A stretch of 64,000 bases of DNA from Candidatus Latescibacterota bacterium (GCA_965223905.1 CBDCXV010000011.1:1856001-1920000), one strand, 5' to 3'; shown: positions 49,644-62,608, counted from the first letter of the stretch. The notes: generated by a model from the sequence alone, not told the origin. Translations and numbers: made by a program.

Positions 49644-50510
49644 GGCCGCGGGCCAACCCCCCGGGGCGCCCTGCCTGGTCGGGGACTTCGCCGACGGCCA
49701 TCCGAACATCGCTTCCTGGCTGCAGGCGCGCCTGCTCAGGTTGTGGAACTCGCACCGCTCCCGCGCCGCGGCGCGCCTGCCCAACGCCCGCGGCGCCGGC
49801 GGCAGGCAACGCTCCGTCCTCTCCGGGCCCGGCCGCCGGCTCGCGGTCGCCGACCTCGGAGACCGCATCCCCGAAGACATCGCCTACGGCCCCGGAGTGG
49901 TGGCGAGGATCTTCGATACCGAAAGCCTGGAGAAGCTCCTCGACCGCTTCGGCATCCGCGGCGACCCGGTCTTCGTCATCCTGTGCGGCACCTTCCACTT
50001 CTTCGCCCGCCTCACCGAGCCGTTCGTCGACTTCATCCGCTACATGCCGGCGCCCGCCTTCGGCGCCCTCGTCGTCGCCTTCGTCGGCATCAACGACGCC
50101 CCCAAGGTCGCCATCATCTTCGTCGGCACCTTCTTCCAGATGGTGCTCGTCGTCGGCAACACCACCCGCCTGCTCGAGACCTCCCTGATCGAGGCGGCGC
50201 AGACCCTGGGGACGCGGCGCAAGCAGCTGATCCTGCACGTGATCGTCCCGGGGATCCTGCCCAACCTCTACCGCGACCTGCGTATCCTGCTCGGCTGGGC
50301 CTGGACCTACCTGATCGTCGCCGAGCTGATCGGGGCCAGCTCCGGGATCAGCTACTTCATAAACCAGCAGGCGAAGTACCGGAACTACGACAACGTCTTC
50401 GCCGCCATCGTCATGATCGGCATCATCGGGCTGACCACCGACCAGGTCCTCGGGCTCATCGAGCGCTTCCTGTTTCCCTGGGAACGCGGCAGCCGCGGGC
50501 TGTCTTCCTC

Positions 50511-50514
<4 letters not shown>
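49633..50514 (+). CDS. NitT/TauT ABC permease (recognisable only from ~49978; native N-terminus apparently missing)
   Basis: [22 protein letters not shown] (EAA motif) and [11 protein letters not shown]. Confidence 0.75.
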
Positions 50515-51413
<899 letters not shown>

Positions 51414-51418
51414 AGCGC

Positions 51419-52186
<768 letters not shown>

Positions 52187-52204
52187 CACCGGGAGAACGA
52201 CCGC

Positions 52205-53918
52205 ATGGCACGAACACTGGACCGGCGCGCCTACGCCGACATGTACGGACCGACCACCGGGGACCGGGTCCGCCTCGGCGACACCGCGCTCGAGGTGGTT
52301 GTCGAGGAGGACGCCAACCTCTACGGGGAGGAGTGCAAGTTCGGCGGCGGCAAGGTGCTGCGCGACGGCATGGGGCAGGCCGCCGGGGCGACCGGGGCGG
52401 AGGCCCTCGACCTGCTGATCACCAACGCCCTCGTCATCGACCACGGCGGCATCCGCAAGGCCGACGTCGGCATCAAGGGGGGCCGCATCCTCGGGGTCGG
52501 CAAGGCCGGCAACCCCGACATCATGCCGGCCGTCGATGCCGGGATGGTCGCCGGGGTGACCACGGAGGTGATCGCCGGAGAGGGGCTGATCCTGACCGCG
52601 GGGGCGCTCGACGTCCACGTCCACTTCATCTGCCCGCAGCAGGTGGAGGAAGCGGTCGCCTCCGGGATCACGACGATGATCGGCGGCGGCACCGGTCCGG
52701 CCACCGGCACCAACGCCACCACCTGCACCCCGGGGGCCTTCCACATCGAGACCATGCTCAGGGCGAGCGACGCCTGGCCCCTGAACTTCGGCTTCCTCGG
52801 CAAGGGGAACTCCTCCTTCCCGGAGGGGCTGCGCGGGCAGGTCCGGGCCGGGGCCTGCGGTCTCAAGCTGCACGAGGACTGGGGCACCACCCCCGCGGCG
52901 ATCGACACCTGCCTCGCCGTGGCCGAGGAGGAGGACATCCAGGTCGCCATCCACACCGACACCCTCAACGAGTCCGGCTTCGTCGAGCAGTCGCGGCAGG
53001 CGTTCAGGGGCCGCACCATCCACACCTACCACACGGAAGGGGCCGGCGGCGGCCACGCCCCCGACATCATACGGCTGTGCGGGGAACAGAACGTGCTCCC
53101 CTCCTCGACCAATCCGACGCGGCCGTTCACGGTCAACACCATCGACGAGCACCTCGACATGCTGATGGTCTGCCACCACCTCGACAGGAACATCCCGGAG
53201 GACGTCGCCTTCGCCGAAAGCCGCATCCGCAAAGAGACCATCGCCGCCGAGGACATCCTCCACGACATCGGGGCGTTCTCCATCATCGCCTCGGACAGCC
53301 AGGCGATGGGACGGGTAGGCGAGGTCGTCTGCCGGACCTGGCAGACCGCCCACAAGATGAAGCTGCAGCGCGGCCCCCTTCCCGGGGACCGGGGGACCGG
53401 CGCCGACAACCTCAGGGTGAGGCGCTACATCGCCAAGTACACCATCAACCCGGCGATCGCCCACGGCGTCAGCCGCCACGTCGGCTCGGTCGAGGCGGGC
53501 AAGCTCGCCGACCTCGTGCTCTGGAAGCCGGCCTGCTTCGGCTCGCGGCCGGAAATGGTCGTCAAGGGCGGGGTCATCGCCTGGTCCCAGATGGGGGGAT
53601 GCCAACGCCTCCATACCGACCCCCGAGCCGGTCATTCCCCGGCCGATGTTCGGCGCCTTCGGGAACGCCATAGGTCGGACGTCCCTGAGCTTCGTCTCGC
53701 GGAACGGAGCCGAGGCCGCGGCCGGGTACGGCCTGGCGAAGGCGGTCGCCCCGGTCGAGTCCTGCCGGGGGCTGGGGAAGAGGGACATGATCCTCAACGA
53801 CCTCACCCCTGAGATCGAGGTCGACCCGGAGACCTACAAGGTGCGCGCCGACGGAGAGGTGCTGACCTGCGAGCCCGCGGCCAAGCTGCCCCTCGCCCAG
53901 CTCTACAACCTCTTCTGA
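52205..53918 (+). CDS. ureC: Urease alpha subunit with a +1 frameshift in a G6 run (~53593-53598)
   Basis: [23 protein letters not shown] and MVCHHL motifs. Removing one G restores [13 protein letters not shown] and the C-terminal [10 protein letters not shown]. Confidence 0.93.
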
Positions 53919-53941
53919 GCGGCAGCCGGTCCTGTTGGACG

Positions 53942-54170
53942 TGCAGCGCCCCGGCGCGAGGATGGAAACCGGTTGCTGAAGGGCCAGACTCCATGAGAAC
54001 GGACTCCACCATCGAGACGGGCCGTGGGGCCGTGGCCGGGATGGACCGACGGAACTTGCAGCGCCTCACCCCAGGGATGAGATCGGTTGATGAAGGCCAG
54101 ACTCCATGAGGCAGAATCCGGCTGTCGAGGCGGGGGCGTGGCCGTTGCCACGGATGGATCGGCCGAACCA
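53942..54170. repeat. Degenerate ~115-bp tandem duplication between ureC and ureF
   Basis: TGCAGCGCC at 53942 and 54057; GGCCAGACTCCATGAG at 53982 and 54095; similarity continues downstream. Confidence 0.7.
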
Positions 54171-54920
54171 CCGCCAGCGACCATGACACAGGACCCTGCC
54201 ATCGAGGCAGAACCCGGAACCGTCTCCGGTGCCGTCAAAAGCGGCGATCCCCTGCTGCTGCTGTTGCAGCTCGGAGACGCGGCGCTGCCGACCGGGGGCT
54301 ACGCCTTTTCCGGGGGCCTGGAGGCGGCACGGCAGCTCGGCCTGGTCGCCGACGGGGCCGGTCTGCACCAGTTCGCGCGCCAGGCGCTGCGCACCGCGGG
54401 CACCTGCGAGCTCCCCTTCCTGCGCGCGGCCTGGCGGCTGGCGCGGCCGCCGGGGACATGCCTCGTGGAGCTGGGGCAGCGCTACGACGCCTTGCAGACC
54501 GCGGCCTGCGGGCGCCAGGCGAGCCTGAAGACCGGGCGCGGCTGGCTGCGCCTGTTCGCGCGGCTGTTTCCCGGTCCCGGCCAGCGCCGCATCGCGCGCC
54601 TCTTCTCAACCGGGGGGACCCCCCCGCACGGCTGCATCCTTTTCGGGGCCTGTCTCGGCGCCGCCGGCGTCGGCGAGGAGGAGGCCGCCGCCCTGTTCCT
54701 GCACCAGCAGCTGCGCGACCAGCTCGGGGCCGCGGTCCGCCTCGGCATCGTCGGCCCGCTCGAGGCGGTGGAGCGCCACGCCGCCCTGCGCCCCGAGTGC
54801 GCCAGGGCTGCCGGGGCCTCGCGCCTGATCCCCTGCGATGAGGCAAGCCGAGGCGCGCCCCAGCTCGACCTGGCGCAGGCCGCGCACGGACACCTGTACT
54901 CGCGGCTGTTTCAGAGCTGA
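54087..54920 (+). CDS. ureF: Urease accessory protein UreF
   Basis: LQLGDAALPTGGYAFSGGLEAA, AAVRLGIVGP and C-terminal YSRLFQS; start uncertain. Confidence 0.92.
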   Translation: MMKARLHEAESGCRGGGVAVATDGSAEPPPATMTQDPAIEAEPGTVSGAVKSGDPLLLLLQLGDAALPTGGYAFSGGLEAARQLGLVADGAGLHQFARQALRTAGTCELPFLRAAWRLARPPGTCLVELGQRYDALQTAACGRQASLKTGRGWLRLFARLFPGPGQRRIARLFSTGGTPPHGCILFGACLGAAGVGEEEAAALFLHQQLRDQLGAAVRLGIVGPLEAVERHAALRPECARAAGASRLIPCDEASRGAPQLDLAQAAHGHLYSRLFQS

Positions 54921-55033
54921 TCCGCTGTCAACGAGATCACCATGCCCGCTCACAGCTACGATATCACCGGCCGCCAGGGACACCTGAAATCACCCTTGTT
55001 CCATAAGCTGACCTGCCGCCTGCGGAGACCGAC

Positions 55034-55756
55034 ATGCACACCCACAGCCACGATACCGAAAACGGGCACGGCCACAGCCACGCCGACGATCCGGGATCCT
55101 TCGCCGCCCGGGAGGGGATGGCCAGGGGCAGGGACTTCGAAAGCCGCGCCTTCACCGCCGGCATCGGCGGACCGGTCGGCAGCGGCAAGACCGCGCTCGT
55201 GAAGGCCCTTTGCGAAAGGCTGCGCTCCGGCTGCGAGCTCGGGGTGGTGACCAACGACATCTTCACCCGCGAGGACGCCGACTTCCTCGTCCGCCACGAC
55301 GCCCTGCCCGGTGACCGCATCATCGGGGTGGAAACCGGCGGCTGCCCGCACGCGGCAATCCGCGAGGACATCGGCCTCAACCTCGACGCCCTCGATACCC
55401 TGATGGAGCGCTGCCGCCCCGGTCTGCTCCTGCTCGAAAGCGGCGGCGACAATCTCGCCGCGCACTTCAGCAGGGAGCTCGTCGACTACGCCATCTACGT
55501 GATCGACGTCTCCGGCGGCGACAAGATTCCGCGCAAGGGAGGGCCGGGGATCACCCAGTCCGATCTGCTGGTGGTGAACAAGATCGACCTCGCGGGCTTC
55601 GTCGGAGCCGACCTCGAGGTGATGGCCCGCGACGCGCGCAAGATGAGAGGGGAGGGCCCCACGGTCTTCACCTGCATCGCCGACGGCACCGGCGTCGACA
55701 GGGTGATCGCCCACCTGATGGCCGCCCGCGAGCAGGCCGCGGGCGTTCTTCTGTAG
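55034..55756 (+). CDS. ureG: Urease accessory GTPase UreG with His-rich N-terminus
   Basis: [29 protein letters not shown] and NKID motifs. Confidence 0.96.
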   Translation: MHTHSHDTENGHGHSHADDPGSFAAREGMARGRDFESRAFTAGIGGPVGSGKTALVKALCERLRSGCELGVVTNDIFTREDADFLVRHDALPGDRIIGVETGGCPHAAIREDIGLNLDALDTLMERCRPGLLLLESGGDNLAAHFSRELVDYAIYVIDVSGGDKIPRKGGPGITQSDLLVVNKIDLAGFVGADLEVMARDARKMRGEGPTVFTCIADGTGVDRVIAHLMAAREQAAGVLL

Positions 55757-56079
55757 TCGGTCGCTGGAATAGCCGACCCGGGCTGCGGCCGGCCCGTCGC
55801 GGTCGCGATCCCCAGCAGTTCGTGTCAGAAACCTGGCCGTTCCCTGGCGCTCTCCAGAGCCTTCCGAAGGCTGGCGTTGCCTTCCTCCCGAATCCCAGGC
55901 GATTCGATTCGATCCCGCTCCCTGTCTTCCATCGCGCCATGACCCGGCCCCGCCTGGAGAGCCATTGTACCGACAAGGCTGTAAAGCCCTTGATCGGTCT
56001 GTTGATCGGTCCGGGGCCGCTTCTATATTCGGGCGACCCACGTCCCCCCTTTCCCTTCGGCAGAATCCCCCCGTCACCA

Positions 56080-57084
56080 ATGCCCCCAGACCGGCATTCC
56101 CTCACCGTAGGCACCCGCGGCAGCAGGCTCGCCCTCGCCCAGGCGGAGCGCGTCTGCTCGCTGCTGCGGGAAACGGCCGGCGACAGCCTGGAGTTGCGCC
56201 TCGATATCGTCCGCACCGAGGGGGACCGTTCCCGCGGCCCCCTCTCCGAGATCGGCGGGCAGGGGGTGTTCACCGCCGAGCTTGAAACGGCGCTGCGGGA
56301 CGGGCGGATCGACCTCGCCGTCCACAGCCTCAAGGATTTGCCGACCGCGGTCCCCGCAGATGTCGAGCTGGTCGCCGCACCGGCCCGCGCCGACGTGCGC
56401 GACGTGCTGGTCACCGCGGGAGACCGCGGCCTCGAGGAGCTGCCTGAGGGAGCCCTCCTCGGCACCGGCAGCCCCCGGCGCCGCGCCCAGTTGCTGGCCC
56501 TCCGCCCCGACCTGCGGTTCGACGAAATCCGCGGCAACGTCGACACCCGGATCGGCAAGGTCGGCGCCGGCGGCCTCGACGGCGTCGTGCTGGCCGCCGC
56601 GGGCTTGCAGCGGCTCGGCCTGCTGAGCCGCATCAGCTCCTACATCGACATCGACCAGGTGCTTCCCGCCCCCGGACAGGGAGTGCTCGGCCTGCAGATG
56701 CGCCGCGGCGACCCCCGCCGCGGCCTGGTTGCCGCCCTGAACCACGGACCGACCCGGGCCGGCGCCGCGGCCGAACGCAGCCTGCTTCACGCACTCGGCG
56801 GCGGCTGCCGCGCCCCGGTGGCCGCCTGGGGGCGCGAGATCAGCGGCGAGCTGCTCCTCGACGGCCTGGTCGCCTCCGCGGACGGCCGCGAGCTGTTGAG
56901 GCGCACCGACGAGGGCCTTCCCGACGCCGCGGATCAGCTCGGCCGCGAGCTGTTGAGGCGCACCGACGAGGGCCTTCCCGACGCCGCGGATCAGCTCGGC
57001 CGCGACCAGGCCGCCGAGCTGATCCGCGCCGGAGCCGGCCGCCTGCTGGAACGGGCCGGCCCCAGGGAAACGAGCTCTCCATGA
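56080..57084 (+). CDS. hemC: Hydroxymethylbilane synthase
   Basis: GTRGSRLALAQ, HSLKDLP, IRGNVDTR, PAPGQG and GGGC motifs. Confidence 0.95.
   Translation: MPPDRHSLTVGTRGSRLALAQAERVCSLLRETAGDSLELRLDIVRTEGDRSRGPLSEIGGQGVFTAELETALRDGRIDLAVHSLKDLPTAVPADVELVAAPARADVRDVLVTAGDRGLEELPEGALLGTGSPRRRAQLLALRPDLRFDEIRGNVDTRIGKVGAGGLDGVVLAAAGLQRLGLLSRISSYIDIDQVLPAPGQGVLGLQMRRGDPRRGLVAALNHGPTRAGAAAERSLLHALGGGCRAPVAAWGREISGELLLDGLVASADGRELLRRTDEGLPDAADQLGRELLRRTDEGLPDAADQLGRDQAAELIRAGAGRLLERAGPRETSSP
56884..57005 (+). repeat. Perfect in-frame 57-bp tandem duplication within hemC
   Basis: 56884-56940 is identical to 56941-56997 (GRELLRRTDEGLPDAADQL x2), bounded by GGCCGCGA microhomology. Confidence 0.95.
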
Positions 57085-58634
57085 ACTTCCCGCCGGCAGC
57101 GCCGGGAATCGTCTACATCGTCGGGGGCGGCCCGGGAGACCCGGGCCTGCTGACCCTCAAGGGGGCCCACCTGGTCTCCGAGGCGGACGTGATCCTCTTC
57201 GACGACCTGCTCGACCGGCGCCTCCTCGGGCTCGCCCGCGGGGACTGCGAACAGGTGTACGTCGGCCATCGCGGCGGCGGCAGCAGCGGCGGCGGGCGGA
57301 AACAGGAGGAGGTCAACGGGCTGCTAATTCAATTGGCGCGCGCGGGCCGCCGGGTGGTGCGCCTGAAGGGGGGGGATCCCTACATCTTCGGCCGCGGCGG
57401 CGAGGAGGCGGTGGCGCTCGCCGAAGCCGGGGTGCCGTTCGAGGTGGTCTCCGGAGTGAGCGCGGCCTCCGGGGTCCCGGCGTACGCCGGCATCCCGCTG
57501 ACCCACCGCAACGTCTCCGCGGCCGCGGTCCTCGTAACCGGACACGAGGACCCTGCGCGCGGCGCCCCGGGGGTCGACTGGGAGTTGCTGGCCCGGCTCG
57601 ACAGCACCCTCGTCGTCTTCATGGGGTCGCGCAAGCTCGGAGAGATCGCCGCGACGCTGACCCGGCACGGGCGCTCTCCCGAAACCCCCGCCGCGGCCAT
57701 CGAGCGGGGGACGTGGCCGCACCAGCGCACCGTGGTCTCGACCCTGGGACAGGTCGCCGATGCGGCCAGGGACGCGGCCCTGGAGTCGCCGACCCTCGTC
57801 CTCGTGGGGGAGGTGGTCGCCCTGCGCGAGCAGCTCAACTGGTTCGAGGGGAAGCCGCTGTTCGGCCGCCGCATCCTCGTCACCCGCAGCCGCGAGCAGG
57901 CCGGCCACCTGCAGCTGATGCTCGAGGCGGAAGGGGCCGAGGTCTCGGCGCTGCCGCTGCTGGAGATCGGGCCGCCCGCGGACTGGGGCGATCTCGACGA
58001 CGCCCTGGGCCGCCTGCCGGAGTTCACCTGGATCCTGTTCACCAGCCCCAACAGCGTCAGCTATTTCTTCGACCGCCTCGCGGCCCTGGGAAAGGACGCC
58101 CGCGCCCTCGGAGGCTGCTCCATCGCCGCGGTCGGAATGTCGACGGCGCAGCACCTGCGCCGCCGCGGACTGGTGCCCGACCTCGTCCCGCGGGAGCAGT
58201 CCCAGAAAGGGCTCGCTACGGCCTTCGAGGAGGTCGCGGTCGCCGGGGCCAGCTTCCTTGTGCCTGCCTCTTCCATCGGCCGCACCGGTCTCGACGAGGC
58301 GCTCGCCCGCAGGGGGGGCCGCGTCCACCGGGTCGTCGCCTACGAGAACCGCCCCCCCGACCCGGAAACCGTCGAGCTGCCCGCGGCCCTGGTCGAAAAC
58401 CGGCTCGACATGATCGTCTTCGCCAGCCCTTCCTCGGTGCGCAACTTCCTCACCGTCTGCGGCCATGAAAAGGGGAAGGAGCACCTGGCCGCAGCGGCCC
58501 TCGCCTGCATCGGCCCGACCACGGCGCAGGCGGTCCGCGACCTCGGGTTCGAGGCCGCCCTGCAGCCGGCAGAGAGCAGCATTCCCACCCTCGTGCAGGC
58601 GATCTGCGCCCACTACGCCGGGGAGCGCCCGTGA
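57081..58634 (+). CDS. cobA: Uroporphyrinogen-III C-methyltransferase / uroporphyrinogen-III synthase fusion (CobA-HemD)
   Basis: GGGPGDPGLLT, RLKGGDPYIFGRGGEE, then ILVTR, FTSPNSV, FASPSSV and IGPTT. Confidence 0.93.
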   Translation: MNFPPAAPGIVYIVGGGPGDPGLLTLKGAHLVSEADVILFDDLLDRRLLGLARGDCEQVYVGHRGGGSSGGGRKQEEVNGLLIQLARAGRRVVRLKGGDPYIFGRGGEEAVALAEAGVPFEVVSGVSAASGVPAYAGIPLTHRNVSAAAVLVTGHEDPARGAPGVDWELLARLDSTLVVFMGSRKLGEIAATLTRHGRSPETPAAAIERGTWPHQRTVVSTLGQVADAARDAALESPTLVLVGEVVALREQLNWFEGKPLFGRRILVTRSREQAGHLQLMLEAEGAEVSALPLLEIGPPADWGDLDDALGRLPEFTWILFTSPNSVSYFFDRLAALGKDARALGGCSIAAVGMSTAQHLRRRGLVPDLVPREQSQKGLATAFEEVAVAGASFLVPASSIGRTGLDEALARRGGRVHRVVAYENRPPDPETVELPAALVENRLDMIVFASPSSVRNFLTVCGHEKGKEHLAAAALACIGPTTAQAVRDLGFEAALQPAESSIPTLVQAICAHYAGERP

Positions 58635-59653
58635 GTCCGGAGCGCTACCCCGCCGGCAAGCTCCCCGCGGAGCTGCTCGAGCGCATGCTCTCCCGCTACG
58701 CCGCCGGGGAGGACGAGCGTCTGCTGGTTCCCCCCGGCATCGGCGAGGACGCCGCGGTCATCCGCTTCGGGGACCGCTGCGTGGTCGCCAAGACCGACCC
58801 CATCACCTTCGCCACCGACGAGGCCGGCTGGTACGCCGTCCACGTCAACGCCAACGACGTCGCCGCCATGGGAGCGACCCCCCGTTTCTTCCTCGCCTCC
58901 GTCATCCTCCCGGAAGAGCAGGCGACCGAAGCCGTGATCGAATCGGTGTTCCGCTCGATCGACGAGGCGGCGCGGCAGTTGGGGATCGCCGTCTGCGGCG
59001 GCCACACCGAGATCACCCGCGGCATCGACCGGCCCATCGTCGTCGGGCAGATGCTCGGGGACGTCGACTGCGACAAGGTGGTGCGCTCCTCCGGACTGGT
59101 GCCGGGAGACGCCGTGCTGCTCACCAAGGGAATGGCGGTCGAGGCCACCGCCATCATTGCGCGGGAGAAGCGGGAGGAGCTGGAGGGCCGCGGTTTCGAC
59201 GCCGGCTTCCTCGACCGCTGCGCCGGGTACCTGCGGGACCCCGGGATCAGCGTGGTGCGGGACGCCGCGATCGCGACCGCGGCCGGCAAGGTGCACGCCA
59301 TGCACGACCCGACCGAAGGCGGGGTCGCCACCGGGCTGCGGGAGATCGCCGCGGCCTCCGGGGTCGGCCTCGAGGTGTTCGGGGAAAGCCTGCGCTGCAG
59401 CGACGAATCGCGGCTCCTGTGCGCGGAGTACGGCCTCGACCCGTTCGGGGCGATTTCATCGGGAGCCCTGCTGATCGGCTGTCCGCAGGAGGCGGCGGAG
59501 GCCATCCTGGCCGCCCTGGCCGAAGCGGGGATCGGCGCCGAGGTGGTCGCCCAGGTGGTCGACAGGTCCGCCGGCCTGCAGCTGCGCCGCAGGGGCCGCC
59601 TCGAGCCCCTGCCAAGCTACGAGGTCGACGAGATCACCCGCCTGTTCGCCTGA
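58631..59653 (+). CDS. AIR synthase-related (PurM/HypE/ThiL superfamily) protein
   Basis: GKLP, IGEDAA, NANDVAAMG, GGHTE and MHDPTEGG motifs. Confidence 0.85.
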   Translation: MSPERYPAGKLPAELLERMLSRYAAGEDERLLVPPGIGEDAAVIRFGDRCVVAKTDPITFATDEAGWYAVHVNANDVAAMGATPRFFLASVILPEEQATEAVIESVFRSIDEAARQLGIAVCGGHTEITRGIDRPIVVGQMLGDVDCDKVVRSSGLVPGDAVLLTKGMAVEATAIIAREKREELEGRGFDAGFLDRCAGYLRDPGISVVRDAAIATAAGKVHAMHDPTEGGVATGLREIAAASGVGLEVFGESLRCSDESRLLCAEYGLDPFGAISSGALLIGCPQEAAEAILAALAEAGIGAEVVAQVVDRSAGLQLRRRGRLEPLPSYEVDEITRLFA

Positions 59654-59727
59654 ACCTGGGTATGGATGGCTCCCGGTACAGCCCCCTCTACTTACAATTC
59701 CACCGGCAAGTTCCAAAGAGAAGAGGG

Positions 59728-60636
59728 ATGAAATCTTCGCGGATCAAGAGACGATATTGCGCGGCCCTGTGCCTGCTCCTCTGGCTGGCAATCCCTGCAG
59801 GTGCCCACAGCGGTAACCGCCTTTACCCGATTTCCTGTCTCAGCGACGAGATGGTTGACCAGATCCAGCTGCACGACGCCAGTATTGACGAGTGGATCGA
59901 GCTGCTCGGAGAGCCTGCCATGATCTCGCTTGATTTCACCCACACCATGGGGGGATCCCCGCCTGATCCGTCCGACCTCGACTTTCGGATCTGGCTGGCC
60001 TGGCACGAGGACCCTGCCCGCATCTATGTGGCCTTCGTAGCCAGCGACGACGTCTACTAGAACACCCACGACCACGGAGGCATGATTGGGGATGACAGCA
60101 TCTCCCTGGCGATCGATGGAGATCATAGCGGCGGTGAGGGCTGTTTCAACGATTGCGATTTGCAGCAGGTTCACAGTGAAACTCAGTACTACGAGGCCAT
60201 CGCGCGCGCAATCAGCGGTTCGACCTTGGACAGTCCCTTCCTCTCTGACTCTGATGCGTTCGCCTGGACGGCCTTGCCTCCTTTTGGTGAAGGGGGCGGA
60301 GGCGTAGCGGGAGAAGTGCCTTTCATCAGCGTGATCGAGCTGTACGTTACGCCGTTTGACCACTTGGTGGTTAATGACATCAACGGGAGCGTGGCCCGCG
60401 ATCTATCGCCGGGAAAGGTCATCGGCTTTGCAATAATGGTGAATGACTCGGACGAGTTTGGCTCATGGCTGCCCTGGACGCCCGAAGCCATGCAGAGAGA
60501 TGAATCCTATGCGGAAGCAGGGATTTTGTCTCTTGTCGACGGAATTCTGCTGTCTTCCGTTTCGACAGAACAAGAAGACAGCGCCGTCGAGTCGGTCTCC
60601 TGGGGACGAATCAAGGCTGCCTTGGACATGAAGTAG
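59728..60636 (+). pseudogene. Secreted hypothetical protein interrupted by an in-frame TAG (60058-60060)
   Basis: Signal peptide; the same frame continues past the stop (DDVY*NTHD) to the C-terminal SAVESVSWGRIKA. Confidence 0.7.
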
Positions 60637-60819
60637 CCGCACTGCCATCCCCGGCTCAGACTTCAAATCCCTCATACCACTCAAGCTGCAGCGCGCAGAC
60701 CCCGCCGCGTGATCCCCGCGCCCTGATCGGCTGCCTTTCTTGACAGCCCCGGGGGCGGACGCGAATTTCTCCCGCCCCATCGCGTCAGACAGTTCTAACC
60801 CTATCAGACAGAGAGACTT

Positions 60820-61977
60820 ATGGCCTTTCAGGATATCCTCGAATTCCGCAGCCCGACGCGGTTGCTGCACGGTCCCGGGGCGATCTCCCGGCTGCCCGAA
60901 CTGCTGCCTTCCGGCACCCGGGTCCTCGTCGTCACTGACAATGGGCTGCGCGAGGCCGGGGTGATAGACCAGGTCGCCGCGGTCCTCGAGCAGGCGGAGA
61001 TCGACCACGCCGTGTTCTCCGATGTGCTCCCGAACCCGCCGGCGAGCTGCGTCGAGGAGGGGGCCCGCTTCTTCGCCGAACAGGAGTGCGGGGCCCTGCT
61101 GGGCGTGGGGGGCGGCAGCCCCATGGACGTCGCCAAGATGATCGGCGTCCTCGTCTCCCACGGGGGCCGCATCGAGGAGTACCTGATGGCGCCGGGGAAG
61201 ATCACCGTCGACATCCCGCCCCTGGTCTGCGTGCCGACGACCTACGGCACCGGCAGCGAGGTCACCCCGTTCGCCGTGCTGACCAACCCGGAATCCCGCA
61301 ACAAGGACCCGGTCATCAGCTGGAGGATCGCCCCGCGCGCCGGCATCCTCGATGCCGCCCTGTGCACGGCCCTTCCCGCCGCGGTCGGCGGCCCCACCGG
61401 GATGGACGCCCTGACCCACGCCATCGAGTCGTACACCAACCTGATGGCCTCCCCGATCAGCGACGCCATCGCGCTCGAAGCGATGCGCCTGATCGGGGAG
61501 AACCTGCGCCTCGCCTGCGCCAACGACCACGAAACCGAAGCGACCCGAAACATGCTGCTGGCCAGCGCCATGGCCGGGATCGCCTTCTCGCAGACCCGGC
61601 TCGGAAACGTGCACGCCATGTCGCACCCGGTCGGGGCCCAGTTCGGCGTTCACCACGGTCTCGCCAACGCCGTGCTGCTGCCCTATGTGATGGATTTCAA
61701 CTTGGTGTCGCGGACCGGCAAGTTCGCCGACGTCGCCGAGGCGCTGGGGGGAGATACCGAAGGGCTGGGCGACCAGGAGGCCGCCCGCCTCGCCGTGAAG
61801 CTTGTGCGGCAGCTCAACGAAGACCTGGGGATCCCGGAGAAGCTGGGAACTCTCGGTGTCGAGGAGAGCGGCATCGACGACCTGGCCGAAGCGACCATGC
61901 AGAGCGGCAACGTCGCGGTCAATCCGCGCAAGACCACGCGCCGGGACGTCGAGGAGATCTTCAGGCAGGCGATCTAG
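60820..61977 (+). CDS. Iron-containing alcohol dehydrogenase
   Basis: GGGSPMD, PTTYGTGSE, DALTHAIE and HAMSH...HGLAN motifs. Confidence 0.95.
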   Translation: MAFQDILEFRSPTRLLHGPGAISRLPELLPSGTRVLVVTDNGLREAGVIDQVAAVLEQAEIDHAVFSDVLPNPPASCVEEGARFFAEQECGALLGVGGGSPMDVAKMIGVLVSHGGRIEEYLMAPGKITVDIPPLVCVPTTYGTGSEVTPFAVLTNPESRNKDPVISWRIAPRAGILDAALCTALPAAVGGPTGMDALTHAIESYTNLMASPISDAIALEAMRLIGENLRLACANDHETEATRNMLLASAMAGIAFSQTRLGNVHAMSHPVGAQFGVHHGLANAVLLPYVMDFNLVSRTGKFADVAEALGGDTEGLGDQEAARLAVKLVRQLNEDLGIPEKLGTLGVEESGIDDLAEATMQSGNVAVNPRKTTRRDVEEIFRQAI

Positions 61978-62032
61978 AAAAAATGGATCTGCTTTTCACT
62001 AGATAAAATTCGGATTCAGAAAAGAACGCGAA

Positions 62033-62608
62033 ATGGCGAGCGAAGCGTACGACCCCCTCGATTATGATAACTTGGCACATAGTATCGTCCATGCCCTATT
62101 GGATAGGAGTCCCGTCACCCTTCCACCGACTGAAAGTTTCCCTGGATGCGGCGTATATGCTCTTTATTACACAGGCCCCCTGGAATTTTATTCCCATGTT
62201 TCCTCAATGGACTTTTGTATTCCCATATACGTTGGAAAAGCAGTGCCGAGAGGTGCAAGAAAGGGGAGTGAGAAGGGTGACTCGGAAGCAGGCACCCCGC
62301 TGTACAGCCGCCTGCGCCAGCATGCCAACTCAATCAAAGAGGTAAACAACCTCCACCAAGTGGAGTTTAAATGCCGTTACCTAGTTTTGGTTCCTGTATG
62401 GATCACACTTGCGGAACGATTTCTGATCGGCCACTTCAAACCCGTGTGGAATACCGTGATCGACGGTTTTGGCAACCACGCTCCGGGTAAAGGCCGCAGC
62501 AATATGCGCCGCCCTCGTTGGGACGTCCTGCATCCGGGACGACCATGGGCGGAACCGTTGACGGCCGAAGAAACTGCTGATCAAATAATTGCACTCCTGG
62601 ATCCATAA
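62033..62608 (+). CDS. Eco29kI-family GIY-YIG type II restriction endonuclease
   Basis: GVYALYY...IYVGKA, RLRQH, AERFLI, WN..IDGFGNHAPG.GR and WDVLHPGRPWA motifs. Confidence 0.88.
   Translation: MASEAYDPLDYDNLAHSIVHALLDRSPVTLPPTESFPGCGVYALYYTGPLEFYSHVSSMDFCIPIYVGKAVPRGARKGSEKGDSEAGTPLYSRLRQHANSIKEVNNLHQVEFKCRYLVLVPVWITLAERFLIGHFKPVWNTVIDGFGNHAPGKGRSNMRRPRWDVLHPGRPWAEPLTAEETADQIIALLDP

Noticed and set aside
60058-60060. Pyrrolysine or recoded TAG
   Set aside because: TAG terminates many intact genes here and no pyl genes are visible; a point mutation or error is simpler.
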